A DNA stretch of 64,000 nt, taken from a virus. The DNA lies in IMG/VR virus record IMGVR_UViG_3300010354_000069, positions 1-64,000 of that record, one strand, 5' to 3'. Numbering within the stretch: the first letter of the stretch is position 1; every line of letters begins with the position of its first letter. Of the stretch, positions 1 to 8,785 are shown piece after piece. The position numbers and the translations under genes were made by a program. The notes below the pieces were generated by a model. It saw only the letters and a program-made list of their open reading frames with translations. It made no database searches and was not told the DNA's origin.

Positions 1-1
1 C

Positions 2-853
2 ACTGCAAGCACATCACCAACAAATGCTTTGGTCGCACCCGCTTCTCTTCCAGCAGGTACGCAGACAAAAGCTACCGGCTTCTTTATGGCTGGTTCTGGC
101 GTGCTCAAGATGTTTTCTGGGTCTGCCGAGCGTATTCGAGTAGACTCTTCTGGTCGCGTAGGTATCGGTGAATCCGCCCCTTCGGCAAGACTGCATCTGT
201 CTGCAGGTACAACCACCGTTGCTCCGCTTAAGTTGAGCACCGGAACTAACCTTACAACCCCCGCAGCAGGATCTTTTGAATTTGATGGTAATAACCTGTA
301 CTTTACGCCGGCTAGTACACGTAAGAGTATTGCTTACCTAGACAGTAGTATTACTGGTACAGCAGCTAATATTAGTGGAACACTTGCCATTGCTAATGGC
401 GGAACAGGGCTAACTTCTGCTGGTTCGGCTAATAGTATCTTGGGTGTCGTATCCGGTGGATCCACCCTAGAGTACAAAACTCTTTTAGCTGGTACAGGTA
501 TCAGCATCACGAACAGCGGTTCTACAATCACCATCGAAAATACCGGATCAGGTACTGGAGGCGGGGGTGGTAGCAGCGGGGCTGTTACTTTTACTACTTA
601 CCAAGTAACGTTGACAAGCACCACTACTGCGCAGCGTATTGACGATGCTCAGAACCTGGCTAGCCGTATCTACGCAGTTGAAAACATCGGGTACTTTGGG
701 GTATATATTGGGTCAGATAGTAGCGTAACTGCCTCTACAGGTTTCAAGCTAGAACCTGGTGACATCTTCGAAACTGAACTCACGAGCACTGGTTCGATCT
801 GGGGTGTTACAGAGTTCGGTAACGTACGTCTATCTGTCATGCGAGGCCAGTAA
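2..853 (+). CDS. Tail fibre / virion adhesin, C-terminal part (5'-truncated at window edge)
   Basis: Frame is open from base 2. Contains the 'ERIRVDSSGRVGIG..PSARLHL' beta-repeat and the 'GTLAIANGGTG' motif typical of phage tail fibres; Gly/Thr/Ser-rich. Confidence 0.75.
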   Translation, partial: TASTSPTNALVAPASLPAGTQTKATGFFMAGSGVLKMFSGSAERIRVDSSGRVGIGESAPSARLHLSAGTTTVAPLKLSTGTNLTTPAAGSFEFDGNNLYFTPASTRKSIAYLDSSITGTAANISGTLAIANGGTGLTSAGSANSILGVVSGGSTLEYKTLLAGTGISITNSGSTITIENTGSGTGGGGGSSGAVTFTTYQVTLTSTTTAQRIDDAQNLASRIYAVENIGYFGVYIGSDSSVTASTGFKLEPGDIFETELTSTGSIWGVTEFGNVRLSVMRGQ

Positions 854-1008
854 TGAAGTACACTGTCACTACAACGGATCAGTACCACGAAGTGCTGTTT
901 GATCTAGACAGTTACAAGATTTTGCAGCAGTTTGCAAAAAGTCTTACTGCTGAACAGCTTGAAGAAGAAATTAAAGTCTTTCAGCAAAACTTGATGGGTA
1001 ATGAGTAA
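853..1008 (+). CDS. Small hypothetical protein (51 aa, MKYTVTTTDQ...)
   Basis: Not in the ORF track. TAATG stop/start overlaps at both ends (851-855 and 1006-1010) indicate translational coupling. Confidence 0.7.
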   Translation: MKYTVTTTDQYHEVLFDLDSYKILQQFAKSLTAEQLEEEIKVFQQNLMGNE

Positions 1009-1898
1009 TGCCTGTCGCTACAGCAAAAATTGTTTGGAACCAAAGTACGTCAAATAAAACGTACACTCGGTTTCTGCAGTTAATTCGAGACTTTCTTACT
1101 GGTAACGGTTGGACAGTACTAACAGACAAAACTGCAGACGTTGCTGCTTATTACTTTGTAGTTACGTATAACCGTAATACTGGCTATACAGGCGACAATC
1201 CAATTGTACAAATTGCTCTATCTACAACAGGTACACCTGCAAATCCAAGAATCATACAAACTGCCTATGAGTCTTGGAATACAGGTACGGCAACAGGTAC
1301 AAACGCTTCAGTAAATGCAGATAGATATGCCCCCGGGTTAAGCTTGACAGATAACTTCACATTTTATATTTCGTGTGACAGTACTTTCATTCTTACGTCT
1401 TCTTCAGTTCGTACAGCAGTATCTTCCGCATTTACCTATAAAGCGGCTTACGGGCTCGTATGTCTAGAACGCAGAGCAGGTGATGCTGACACAGGTACAT
1501 TCTACGGAATAGTAACAGATGAGGCGTGGACTAATACACAAAGAATATACGTACCAAAACTTTGGAATGGCTCTACAGGGGCTACAGCTTACTTCGAAAC
1601 AAGAACAAAACTAGGTAACCCTACTACTGCTACTTCAACTTACCTTACAGGTCTATATGACTTAGATGAATCGAATAAGCACGTTGTTTTTAATCTCTAC
1701 GCTAGTCGTGCTGCAAGTGGTAAACTTAAAGGAAAAGTTTATGGATTTGGAGTTACTACCTTCAATCGACGCTTAGGGCATTTTACTCTTTTACCGAGTA
1801 GCAGCTCACCCGAGTGGTTAGCAACAAAGAATATTAGTTACGACATTAGGTATACAGTAGCCATGCAAGTAGCTAATTCTATTAGTACGCTGAGTTAA
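1008..1898 (+). CDS. Putative virion structural protein, paralog 1 of 3
   Basis: Thr/Ser/Gly-rich. Shares QLIRDF..NGWT, VTYNRNTGYTGDNP, YESWNT and C.ER..GD.D motifs with 1910-2809 and 3014-3871. Confidence 0.6.
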   Translation: MPVATAKIVWNQSTSNKTYTRFLQLIRDFLTGNGWTVLTDKTADVAAYYFVVTYNRNTGYTGDNPIVQIALSTTGTPANPRIIQTAYESWNTGTATGTNASVNADRYAPGLSLTDNFTFYISCDSTFILTSSSVRTAVSSAFTYKAAYGLVCLERRAGDADTGTFYGIVTDEAWTNTQRIYVPKLWNGSTGATAYFETRTKLGNPTTATSTYLTGLYDLDESNKHVVFNLYASRAASGKLKGKVYGFGVTTFNRRLGHFTLLPSSSSPEWLATKNISYDIRYTVAMQVANSISTLS

Positions 1899-1909
1899 GG
1901 AAAAGTACT

Positions 1910-2809
1910 ATGCCAGTTGCTACCGCAAAAATATATTGGCCAACTTACGTTGCCAATCGAACAGTAACAAGACTGTTTCAGCTGATTAGAGATTTCGTTA
2001 CTCTAAACGGCTGGACTCTACTTACTGATGATTCAGGAGCAGCAACACCAGCTATTACCGTAACTTACAATAGAGACACTGGCTATACTGGTGACAACCC
2101 TATTGTTCAGCTAATTAGCGGAACGAGTGGGTCAAACTACACTATTACTGCGCGTGCTTATGAGTCTTGGAATACAGGCACTAAAACAGGAACAAACCTG
2201 GCTTATTCAAACGGTTTGGTTACATATAGCCTTACGTACGACAGTGAAATTTGGATATCCTGCGCGCCCGAATTTATACTTCTTTCTGCTTTGTACCAAG
2301 ATGGTGCAGGTAGCGGAAATTCAATGCTAGCCGGAGTAACTTGTATTGAGCGTTTGGTAGGAGACACAGATAGTGGAACCTTCTTTGGCGCTGTGAGCAG
2401 CGCACTTCAGTATGACAGTGCAGCCGGAACAATAGCAGGTCCTAAACTTTGGGTTCCTAAGCTATGGAACGGCTCTACAGGAATCAATGCTTACTACAAT
2501 GTGTACAGCGAACTTGGGCTCTCTACCGTCAATTCAAACTTTTTAAGTGGAGGTCTAGCGTTTCCTGATGAAAATGAGCGTCACGTCATCTTCAAGCTTG
2601 GTGCACACTTCCAGAGTTACGGCAGACTTAAAGGACAACTTTACGGCTTAGCTACTACAACGGGCGCAGGAGATTCAATTCCTGCAGAACTTCCTGTTGG
2701 TGTTTATCTACCAAACGCTACAAACCCTGAATGGCTCCTCGCTAGAACAAGCTACAACGCCTACTCATTTTTGATGCAAGTGTCGTCGCCAGTTACGAGT
2801 TTGACTTAA
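1910..2809 (+). CDS. Putative virion structural protein, paralog 2 of 3
   Basis: Same motifs as 1008-1898 and an identical N-terminus (MPVATAKI). AAGGA RBS. Confidence 0.6.
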   Translation: MPVATAKIYWPTYVANRTVTRLFQLIRDFVTLNGWTLLTDDSGAATPAITVTYNRDTGYTGDNPIVQLISGTSGSNYTITARAYESWNTGTKTGTNLAYSNGLVTYSLTYDSEIWISCAPEFILLSALYQDGAGSGNSMLAGVTCIERLVGDTDSGTFFGAVSSALQYDSAAGTIAGPKLWVPKLWNGSTGINAYYNVYSELGLSTVNSNFLSGGLAFPDENERHVIFKLGAHFQSYGRLKGQLYGLATTTGAGDSIPAELPVGVYLPNATNPEWLLARTSYNAYSFLMQVSSPVTSLT

Positions 2810-2819
2810 GGAGCAGTAC

Positions 2820-3014
2820 ATGCCATTTACTGCTGCACCTTCTAACAGCACCCACGCAAACTTTTCGGATAACTTCAACACCACAACTGTTCAGGTTCAG
2901 TCCGCCGGGTATGAAAAGTTGAACGATACTCAAACGAGTTTCAATACAAAAATCTACTATGGTCCAGGTATTGCCCGTACTCCCAAAGTCATAACTTTCA
3001 AGAATCAATCATAA
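2820..3014 (+). CDS. Small hypothetical protein (64 aa)
   Basis: AAGGAG RBS. TAATG overlap with the next gene. Confidence 0.6.
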   Translation: MPFTAAPSNSTHANFSDNFNTTTVQVQSAGYEKLNDTQTSFNTKIYYGPGIARTPKVITFKNQS

Positions 3015-3871
3015 TGGCTGTAAGTACTTTACTCGTACAGTGGACCGCTTCTACTACCACACGTACTGCTACAAAGCTTACGCAGGTCATTCGAGATTTC
3101 CTTCAAACAAACGGTTGGACAATCGTTGATGATATGTCTTCAACCGCTTGGAACTACGGCGGTCAAAATAGACCAAGTATCGTAGTTACCTACAATAGAA
3201 ATACTGGTTTTACTGGAGATAACCCTTTAATTCTAATCAGTACTTATGTGCAGTCTAGTGTAAATTACTTGTACTTCTACGCTATTGAATCTTGGAATAC
3301 AAGTACAAAAACCTTTACAGGGATGACTTCAAGTCCCTACGCTTTTACAGTTATTAGCTACACTTCAAATATGGACTTGCTAATTTCTTGTGACAGTACG
3401 TTCATTGTAGCTACTTGCAAAGTAGGTGGCGTCCGGCAGTCAAACCAGCTGTTTGGGGTTTGTTGCTACGAACGTTATAGCGGTGACCAAGATTTAGGGT
3501 CATTCTACGGTAGTGTTGTCTTTACTACAAGTGGAATAGGTATACCAAGAATCTGGCATAACACTACTGCCTTTGGAAGTAACTCTACTAGCTCTGCACA
3601 AATGAATATAGGAACTATTGTAGGTAACAACTGGTCAGCACTTAGCACAGTTGACGAAGGCGGAAATGATGTAATCTTCCCGGTCTATGTACACAACTAC
3701 GCATATGGTAGGCACAAGGGGCTTCTATATGGTATGAGAGTTACTACAAACAGTGCTACTGTTACAGATGGTACAATAACAGGAGCTGTAGACGGTAACG
3801 CTTGGTATATCGTGAAGTCCGGTACAGCAAGCGGTTGCATGCCTTATGCAACGCCTACTGTAGTAACTTAG
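3014..3871 (+). CDS. Putative virion structural protein, paralog 3 of 3
   Basis: QVIRDFLQTNGWT, VTYNRNTGFTGDNP, ESWNT, ISCDSTFI and CYERYSGDQD are shared with the two upstream paralogs. Confidence 0.6.
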   Translation: MAVSTLLVQWTASTTTRTATKLTQVIRDFLQTNGWTIVDDMSSTAWNYGGQNRPSIVVTYNRNTGFTGDNPLILISTYVQSSVNYLYFYAIESWNTSTKTFTGMTSSPYAFTVISYTSNMDLLISCDSTFIVATCKVGGVRQSNQLFGVCCYERYSGDQDLGSFYGSVVFTTSGIGIPRIWHNTTAFGSNSTSSAQMNIGTIVGNNWSALSTVDEGGNDVIFPVYVHNYAYGRHKGLLYGMRVTTNSATVTDGTITGAVDGNAWYIVKSGTASGCMPYATPTVVT

Positions 3872-3883
3872 GGTAAGTAACTC

Positions 3884-4234
3884 ATGGACTCTGAAAAAGA
3901 AACTCCTGAGACCTTCAACAAAAAACTTCTTCTGCTATTTGCAACGATCACGGCCGTCATCACAACTCTGCTCGCATCAATTGTTGTACTTCTTGAGTGG
4001 CATTGGAGCATTGCCTTGGGTATTGGGCTTCTGGTTGGTATAACAATGTCTCGAGCCCATAACTGGCTCATTGAAAAGCTTGCTTTCAAGTACAAGTTTG
4101 ACGTTGCTCCAAACCCACTTGAGCGCTTGTTCAAACCAGAACCAAAACCAAGAACAGACCTGATTGTCTATGTAGAGCCAGAGCCGGATAAGGACCCTTG
4201 GATCCATAAGGACAACCCTGAAGACTTCAAATAG
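3884..4234 (+). CDS. Small membrane protein (two predicted TM helices)
   Basis: Two adjacent hydrophobic stretches (LLLLFATITAVITTLLASIVVLL; WSIALGIGLLVGITM) followed by a charged tail. Confidence 0.6.
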   Translation: MDSEKETPETFNKKLLLLFATITAVITTLLASIVVLLEWHWSIALGIGLLVGITMSRAHNWLIEKLAFKYKFDVAPNPLERLFKPEPKPRTDLIVYVEPEPDKDPWIHKDNPEDFK

Positions 4235-4260
4235 ACAGAAGCGCAAAAAGTAAGTAGTAT
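4232..4260 (+). promoter_or_regulatory. Sigma70-type promoter, probably giving a leaderless dUTPase mRNA
   Basis: TAGACA(4232-37)-17 nt-TAGTAT(4255-60), then 6 nt and ATG 4267. No SD sequence. Confidence 0.55.
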
Positions 4261-4266
4261 GCTTCT

Positions 4267-4785
4267 ATGAACGACGAACTCAAGCAACTGAGCATGGTCT
4301 TGTCTTCAGGAACAACCGTGCCCACAGTTACTCTCGGTGTGTACAAGCACCCTGATTACCCGTATGCGCAGCTTCCCACGCAGCAGCACGAGGGTGATAT
4401 TGGGTTTGACCTGTACGCCTGTGAAGACAGCAAGGTTCCTCTGAACCGCTCGGCTATCATCGAGACTGGTCTGATCCTTGATATTCCACGAGGCTACGGT
4501 GTGCTCATGAGCGGCCGCTCTTCTTCATTTGCAAAGCGTGGAATCCTCGTGCACGAAGGTTGGATTGACCAACAGTACGGAGAGACCATCAAGGTTCTCG
4601 CCTACGGACTTCAAGGTTCTCTTGAAAACTACTACTTCGACCGTGGCATGGGTTACTACCAACTGGTAAAAGCGGGTGAGCGTATTGCCCAGCTGCGCGT
4701 AGTTCGAACTCTACCTACTCAAATCGTTGGGTTGGATAATCGCCCTGACAAGAAGCGACAGGGTATAGGGTCTACAGGAGTCTGA
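4267..4785 (+). CDS. dut: Trimeric dUTPase
   Basis: Motifs GDIGFDL, GRSS, GWIDQQYGE, GERIAQL and C-terminal RQGIGSTG. Confidence 0.92.
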   Translation: MNDELKQLSMVLSSGTTVPTVTLGVYKHPDYPYAQLPTQQHEGDIGFDLYACEDSKVPLNRSAIIETGLILDIPRGYGVLMSGRSSSFAKRGILVHEGWIDQQYGETIKVLAYGLQGSLENYYFDRGMGYYQLVKAGERIAQLRVVRTLPTQIVGLDNRPDKKRQGIGSTGV

Positions 4786-4786
4786 C

Positions 4787-5218
4787 ATGCACAATATCTT
4801 CATCCGCCTGCACGTGCAGGCTGACAGCGCAAAGTTTGACAAGGCAGCGCACCCAGGTGCAGTCTGTCTGGAAGCTCTACGCAGTCTGCTGAAGAGCATG
4901 CCCGGTGTAGCGGTTCCTGCAGCTTCTTGGGGTATTACCGAGCGTGATGCAGATTCGCAGGAAGTAAAAGAGCTGCGCCACACGGTACGCAAGCTTGAGG
5001 AGCGTGTGAAGGAGCTTACGCAGCTACTGACACCGCCCGCGCCTGTTGAAGAACCCCCCGCTATCGAAGAGCCCAACAATGAAACTGTTCTTGAAGAAGT
5101 CGTGGCTGAAGCTGAAGTTGTTGCTGACGCTGAGCAATTTGATGGAGCACCTGAACCAGATATTGCTGAATCCGAAGCGGGTGAAGCAAAGCAGCGTAAC
5201 CGCCGTCGAGTGCGATAA
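4787..5218 (+). CDS. Hypothetical protein (coiled coil + acidic tail)
   Basis: GGAG RBS. Follows dut with a 1-nt gap. Confidence 0.6.
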   Translation: MHNIFIRLHVQADSAKFDKAAHPGAVCLEALRSLLKSMPGVAVPAASWGITERDADSQEVKELRHTVRKLEERVKELTQLLTPPAPVEEPPAIEEPNNETVLEEVVAEAEVVADAEQFDGAPEPDIAESEAGEAKQRNRRRVR

Positions 5219-5293
5219 CTGCCTCAAACTTGAAGCTCAACTAGAAGAAAGCCTGAGAGAGTGGACACGACTGCAGAGCTGCGAGGACGTGCT

Positions 5294-5581
5294 GTGAACG
5301 TAGAAGCGCCTTACAAGTTCATTGCTGAAGAAGTAGCGCGACTAGTAGAGCAGAAGAATGCAGCTTACGGCAGCGCTTTTGCCAAGTCCGGTGAAATTCT
5401 CAAGCATCTCTATCCAGACGGAGTCAAGCCTGGACAGTACACAGACATGCTGGCCGTGATCAGGATTCTGGACAAGCTGTTTCGCATTGCTTCGCAAAAG
5501 GAAGCCTTTGAAGAATCACCTTATCGAGACATCATTGGCTATGGAATTTTGGGCGTGGCCAAGGACGAATATGGTGAATAA
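5294..5581 (+). CDS. Nucleotide-modification-associated domain 1 (Nmad1/DUF1599-like) protein
   Basis: KNAAYG...IRILDKLFRI...EESPYRDIIGYGIL pattern. GTG start at 5294 after GAGG (alternative start 5261). Confidence 0.7.
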   Translation: MNVEAPYKFIAEEVARLVEQKNAAYGSAFAKSGEILKHLYPDGVKPGQYTDMLAVIRILDKLFRIASQKEAFEESPYRDIIGYGILGVAKDEYGE

Positions 5582-5756
5582 CAACAGGATGGACTCTTCT
5601 GAACACTTCCTTATGGAAGTTGTCAAACAACAAGCTGACAGAGTTCGCTGGCTTGAACGGCTACAAAGCTACGTACGTCACAGAGAGCACTGTGAGCCGT
5701 CTGATGACGGCAGCACATGCTCTTGTGGTCTTCTTCGACTATTGAACGACGAGTAG
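5571..5756 (+). CDS. Small hypothetical protein with H/C motif
   Basis: AAGGA RBS and ATG 5571. HREHC...CSCG motif. Confidence 0.5.
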   Translation: MVNNNRMDSSEHFLMEVVKQQADRVRWLERLQSYVRHREHCEPSDDGSTCSCGLLRLLNDE

Positions 5757-6113
5757 CTACTGCCCAGCAAATTGGACTACAAGGTCTACGTTTGCTGTAC
5801 CGGCAGCCGCTACGGTAATGTTGGTAGGTCGGCTATTCAAGTTGAGCAGCAGAAGGTCTTCCAAAGTCATGATGCTGCCATCATCAATCTGCACAGTAAA
5901 CGGGTTTGGTGTGTAAGGATCAGCCGATGCTGCAGTGCTAGTCATGAACATCATGAAAGAGCCAACAGCAAAAGCTTGAGTAAGATCCAGAACCTTAGGT
6001 GAGCCCGGTTGTAGAGCAATGTGCATTGTCACGTGGTGCGGGTACGACTTGGGCTTTTCATAAGCTTCACGCGCCCGGTCAAAGTGCAGCTGAACGCCCT
6101 GGAAGTGGAACAT
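5757..6113 (-). CDS. Hypothetical protein (probable virion-associated)
   Basis: Likely start at ATG 6113 (MFHFQG...) after GAGG. Last gene of the minus-strand PAAR module. Confidence 0.55.
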   Translation of the reverse strand: MFHFQGVQLHFDRAREAYEKPKSYPHHVTMHIALQPGSPKVLDLTQAFAVGSFMMFMTSTAASADPYTPNPFTVQIDDGSIMTLEDLLLLNLNSRPTNITVAAAGTANVDLVVQFAGQ

Positions 6114-6120
6114 GTTTGCC

Positions 6121-6462
6121 TCAACAGAATGTGTTCGGTGAACCGAATGGGAGTACTTGGCCTTTGGAGCCAAACGGTGGCGCTGAGCCGCAATGGTTGG
6201 TGGGATCGCCAATACGAACGACCTTGTAGTCTTCAGCATAGACTTTGGATTGGCCAGATTCTAGGGTGAATTTGTTTTCATCCGGACAAGCCACGTGCGT
6301 GTGCTTGGTGCTGTCAGCAATCGCGGTTTCCAAGTCGTTAGTAAAAACTGTTCCAGCACCAGATTCAATTACACCCGAGACTGGCACAACTACCTGCCCG
6401 TTGAAATGAGCATCAGTCGCATTGAAGACCGGTGTGCCCTTGAAAGCGATATTCTTGCTCAT
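6121..6462 (-). CDS. PAAR-like spike tip protein (T4 gp5.4-like)
   Basis: Three repeats of the 'SG..TVF.N' / 'SG.SKVY...VVRIGD' / 'GSPNTF' type, with His/Cys metal ligands (DAH, HTHVAC, HCG). Confidence 0.75.
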   Translation of the reverse strand: MSKNIAFKGTPVFNATDAHFNGQVVVPVSGVIESGAGTVFTNDLETAIADSTKHTHVACPDENKFTLESGQSKVYAEDYKVVRIGDPTNHCGSAPPFGSKGQVLPFGSPNTFC

Positions 6463-7553
6463 GAATACGCGGGGCCCATGGAATAGGCATACTCTACAAC
6501 AACAGAACTACCGGCCGCAAAAGGCTTGTTTACAAGCAACCTACTGCGTCCGTCGGCCGTTTGTACATTAAAGTCATTCTGGCCCAAAAGCGTCGTAGTG
6601 GTTCCCGTGAATTCATAGCTAGCTCCGGCAGATATCCCAGCGGGTGGTGTGACGCTTGTTGCATAGACAGCGTAGTCGTCCGGCGAAATGAAATTCCACG
6701 ATTTGCTGTCCTTGGTGCCCACTACCGACGTTGACTGAAGTATATCTTGGTAACCTACTGGCAGATTGTCTGTGGTTCCCGCGCCTCTAGTGACATCAAC
6801 AACAGTAAGTTGGGTGTAAGACAAGCTGTAAGTAAACGGCTCCGTAGTGCCGGAAGCAATAAGCTCCCCCGTTAGAGGACGTTGGGCTTCCGGAATCAAC
6901 CAAGTAAAGACGCCAGCAACTATGTCCCAATCAGTACCCTTGGTGTAGCTCTTGCCCGTGGGTGTGTCATCCGGGAGCTTTGTAATCAAAGTAGCAACTC
7001 TGGTTGTAGGTGGTCGCAGCGCCGTAGTCCACTTGACCTTGTTGTTGACGCTGTAGACGATGCCGTCAGACACAGAGGTATCCGAAGTCACCATCCACTC
7101 ACCTACTTCTTGGTTGTTGATTACTGCGGTCCTGCGGTAGGTAGTAACCGAGACTGTAGGCAGAGTCGGGTGGGCTACCGGAAGATTCGTAAACGTGTAG
7201 CTCTGTACCTGATCCGTGTACAGCGCACTCAGGTTGTTGCCGGTAAAAGTATCTTCATCGCTCCCACCTCGATTGACTACAGTAGTAGCAGTGCGTTCCA
7301 GCACAACTTTATATGTACCCTGCGGCTGGTTACCCACCCACTCGATAACCCAACCACCCAGATTGAAACTGGAGTTCATGGGTTTGCAGGTCACAGTATC
7401 TGTTGCACCCGCTCCTCTTACCAACGTCTCGGCCAAGTCAAGTTTCATGGTCACCTTTTTGACCTGCTCTTTGGTTGTTTCGTACTCAAGCTGAAGCTCC
7501 GCGGCCGCCTGTATAACTTCTATTGTCACCGCATCCAGTGTTGGCTTAGCCAT
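6459..7553 (-). CDS. Putative baseplate/tail structural protein (beta-rich, repeated 'V.RGAG.TD' units)
   Basis: Thr/Val-rich. Repeats LVRGAGATD, VNRGGSDED and VTRGAGTTD. Adjacent to PAAR. Confidence 0.5.
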   Translation of the reverse strand: MAKPTLDAVTIEVIQAAAELQLEYETTKEQVKKVTMKLDLAETLVRGAGATDTVTCKPMNSSFNLGGWVIEWVGNQPQGTYKVVLERTATTVVNRGGSDEDTFTGNNLSALYTDQVQSYTFTNLPVAHPTLPTVSVTTYRRTAVINNQEVGEWMVTSDTSVSDGIVYSVNNKVKWTTALRPPTTRVATLITKLPDDTPTGKSYTKGTDWDIVAGVFTWLIPEAQRPLTGELIASGTTEPFTYSLSYTQLTVVDVTRGAGTTDNLPVGYQDILQSTSVVGTKDSKSWNFISPDDYAVYATSVTPPAGISAGASYEFTGTTTTLLGQNDFNVQTADGRSRLLVNKPFAAGSSVVVEYAYSMGPAYS

Positions 7554-8163
7554 CTTGGTTCTCTTGTGATGTAGCAGGAACCACGTTTGCCGAAATGATT
7601 ATCTTGCCCTGCGGGCCGGTGTCGGACTTTAGGGGAATCACTGTTTTGTGCAGTCCGGTAACCCCAGTAGGTACGACAATAAACTGCAGCTTGTACTGAG
7701 ACCCCGGTGTAGAAAAGCAGTCCAACACCGTGGTGGGAATACTGGTAAACATCGTACCCATGCCTGGTGGCGGCAAGCCGACTACTCGAGCAGCGCCAAT
7801 TACTGTTACTCCTTTGGTTGCCGCAAGTGCAATATCAGCAACGGCTGGCAGGAATATCAGACCCAAACCCGGAGGTGGTGGAAAAGGTAGGTAAGGTAAA
7901 CCGGTTTCCATGGGGATGGGCATCATCAAACCACTTTTCATGGTTGTACCCAGCACCAGCATGGTGATGCTGGCCCAGCCCGGATTGGTCGTGGTTATAC
8001 CGCCAAGATCCAAAGCCAGATTCATTATTGGTGGCATTCCTGCCTGCATGATACTGACGCTCTGGCTTACGGGTTTTGGAATGATAACCGTGCCCAAATG
8101 CAGGGTACCGACATTGTCGCTGCCTGGTACCATAGGACTGAGTTTAAGTATGCCGTTCGGCAT
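7546..8163 (-). CDS. Pro/Gly/Met-rich hypothetical protein
   Basis: 205-aa ORF overlapping both neighbours in the minus-strand module; very few charged residues. Confidence 0.55.
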   Translation of the reverse strand: MPNGILKLSPMVPGSDNVGTLHLGTVIIPKPVSQSVSIMQAGMPPIMNLALDLGGITTTNPGWASITMLVLGTTMKSGLMMPIPMETGLPYLPFPPPPGLGLIFLPAVADIALAATKGVTVIGAARVVGLPPPGMGTMFTSIPTTVLDCFSTPGSQYKLQFIVVPTGVTGLHKTVIPLKSDTGPQGKIIISANVVPATSQENQDG

Positions 8164-8452
8164 GAACGTGTCTTTCTACTGATGACATGCGATCAAAGTT
8201 ATCAGAACAGTTCATGAGAATGTGCTCACGTGTCCGTTGGTTGAGGTTGCGTGCAGCATAGACGTCAACATTGCCGTCGGCGCGATACCGCACGTAAGTG
8301 CCAGTTTGTCTGTGCGTGACAGTAACCGTACCGTCGCTATCAACTTGGTAGAACATGTACTTCAAAGAGCGTACAAAATTGACGAAGTTCTGTACCAGCA
8401 GAAACCATTCCGGAACTGCGCTGCGGACTAAAGGTTTTGCGTTATCCAGCAT
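8144..8452 (-). CDS. Small gp5/spike beta-helix-like protein
   Basis: 'DGTVTVTHRQTGTYVRYRADGNVDVYAARN' resembles T4 gp5/VgrG C-terminal strands. Start placed at ATG 8452. Confidence 0.45.
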   Translation of the reverse strand: MLDNAKPLVRSAVPEWFLLVQNFVNFVRSLKYMFYQVDSDGTVTVTHRQTGTYVRYRADGNVDVYAARNLNQRTREHILMNCSDNFDRMSSVERHVHAERHT

Positions 8453-8458
8453 AAAGCG

Positions 8459-8486
8459 AGTATAGCACTCTGCACAGATTTTCAAA
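8459..8486 (-). promoter_or_regulatory. Extended -10 promoter for the PAAR module (probably leaderless)
   Basis: Minus strand reads TTTGAAA...TGcTATACT (8464-8459), then 6 nt and ATG 8452. Confidence 0.5.
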
Positions 8487-8541
8487 TACTACATACGCAC
8501 ACTGATAAAAGCGCCGCGCCAAGAAAGGTTGGTTTTTGTCC

Positions 8542-8721
8542 GTGAGTGAGCAGCCTGAAAAGCAGCAGTTTGAAGATCGTGCCCTGAAGTGCCGTGACTG
8601 CAAAGTTGAGTTCAAGTTTGGAGTAAAGGATCAGGAGTTTTACCAGAAAATGGGGTTCAAGGAGCCAAAGCGTTGCCGCCCCTGCCGTGAAGCTCTGAAA
8701 GCTGTACGCGAAGGCAAGTAA
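8542..8721 (+). CDS. CxxC-x~25-CxxC zinc-ribbon protein (zf-trcl-like)
   Basis: FEDRALKCRDCKVEFKF...QEFY.KMGF.EPKRCRPCR is the typical family pattern. Confidence 0.85.
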   Translation: MSEQPEKQQFEDRALKCRDCKVEFKFGVKDQEFYQKMGFKEPKRCRPCREALKAVREGK

Positions 8722-8739
8722 CCAATCGAGTAGTCCCCC

Positions 8740-8768
8740 GAGCCGGTGCCCCACAAGGGTGCCGGCTC
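8740..8768 (+). terminator. GC-rich stem-loop (terminator or processing/stability hairpin)
   Basis: GAGCCGGTGCCC-CACAA-GGGTGCCGGCTC, 12 bp with two G-U pairs. No U-tract. Confidence 0.45.
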
Positions 8769-8785
8769 AAAGCGTTTGGTAGGAT

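Noticed and set aside
1008-3871. Diversity-generating retroelement targets
   Set aside because: No reverse transcriptase in the window and no near-identical TR/VR pair with adenine-specific differences. The paralogs are diverged at DNA level.
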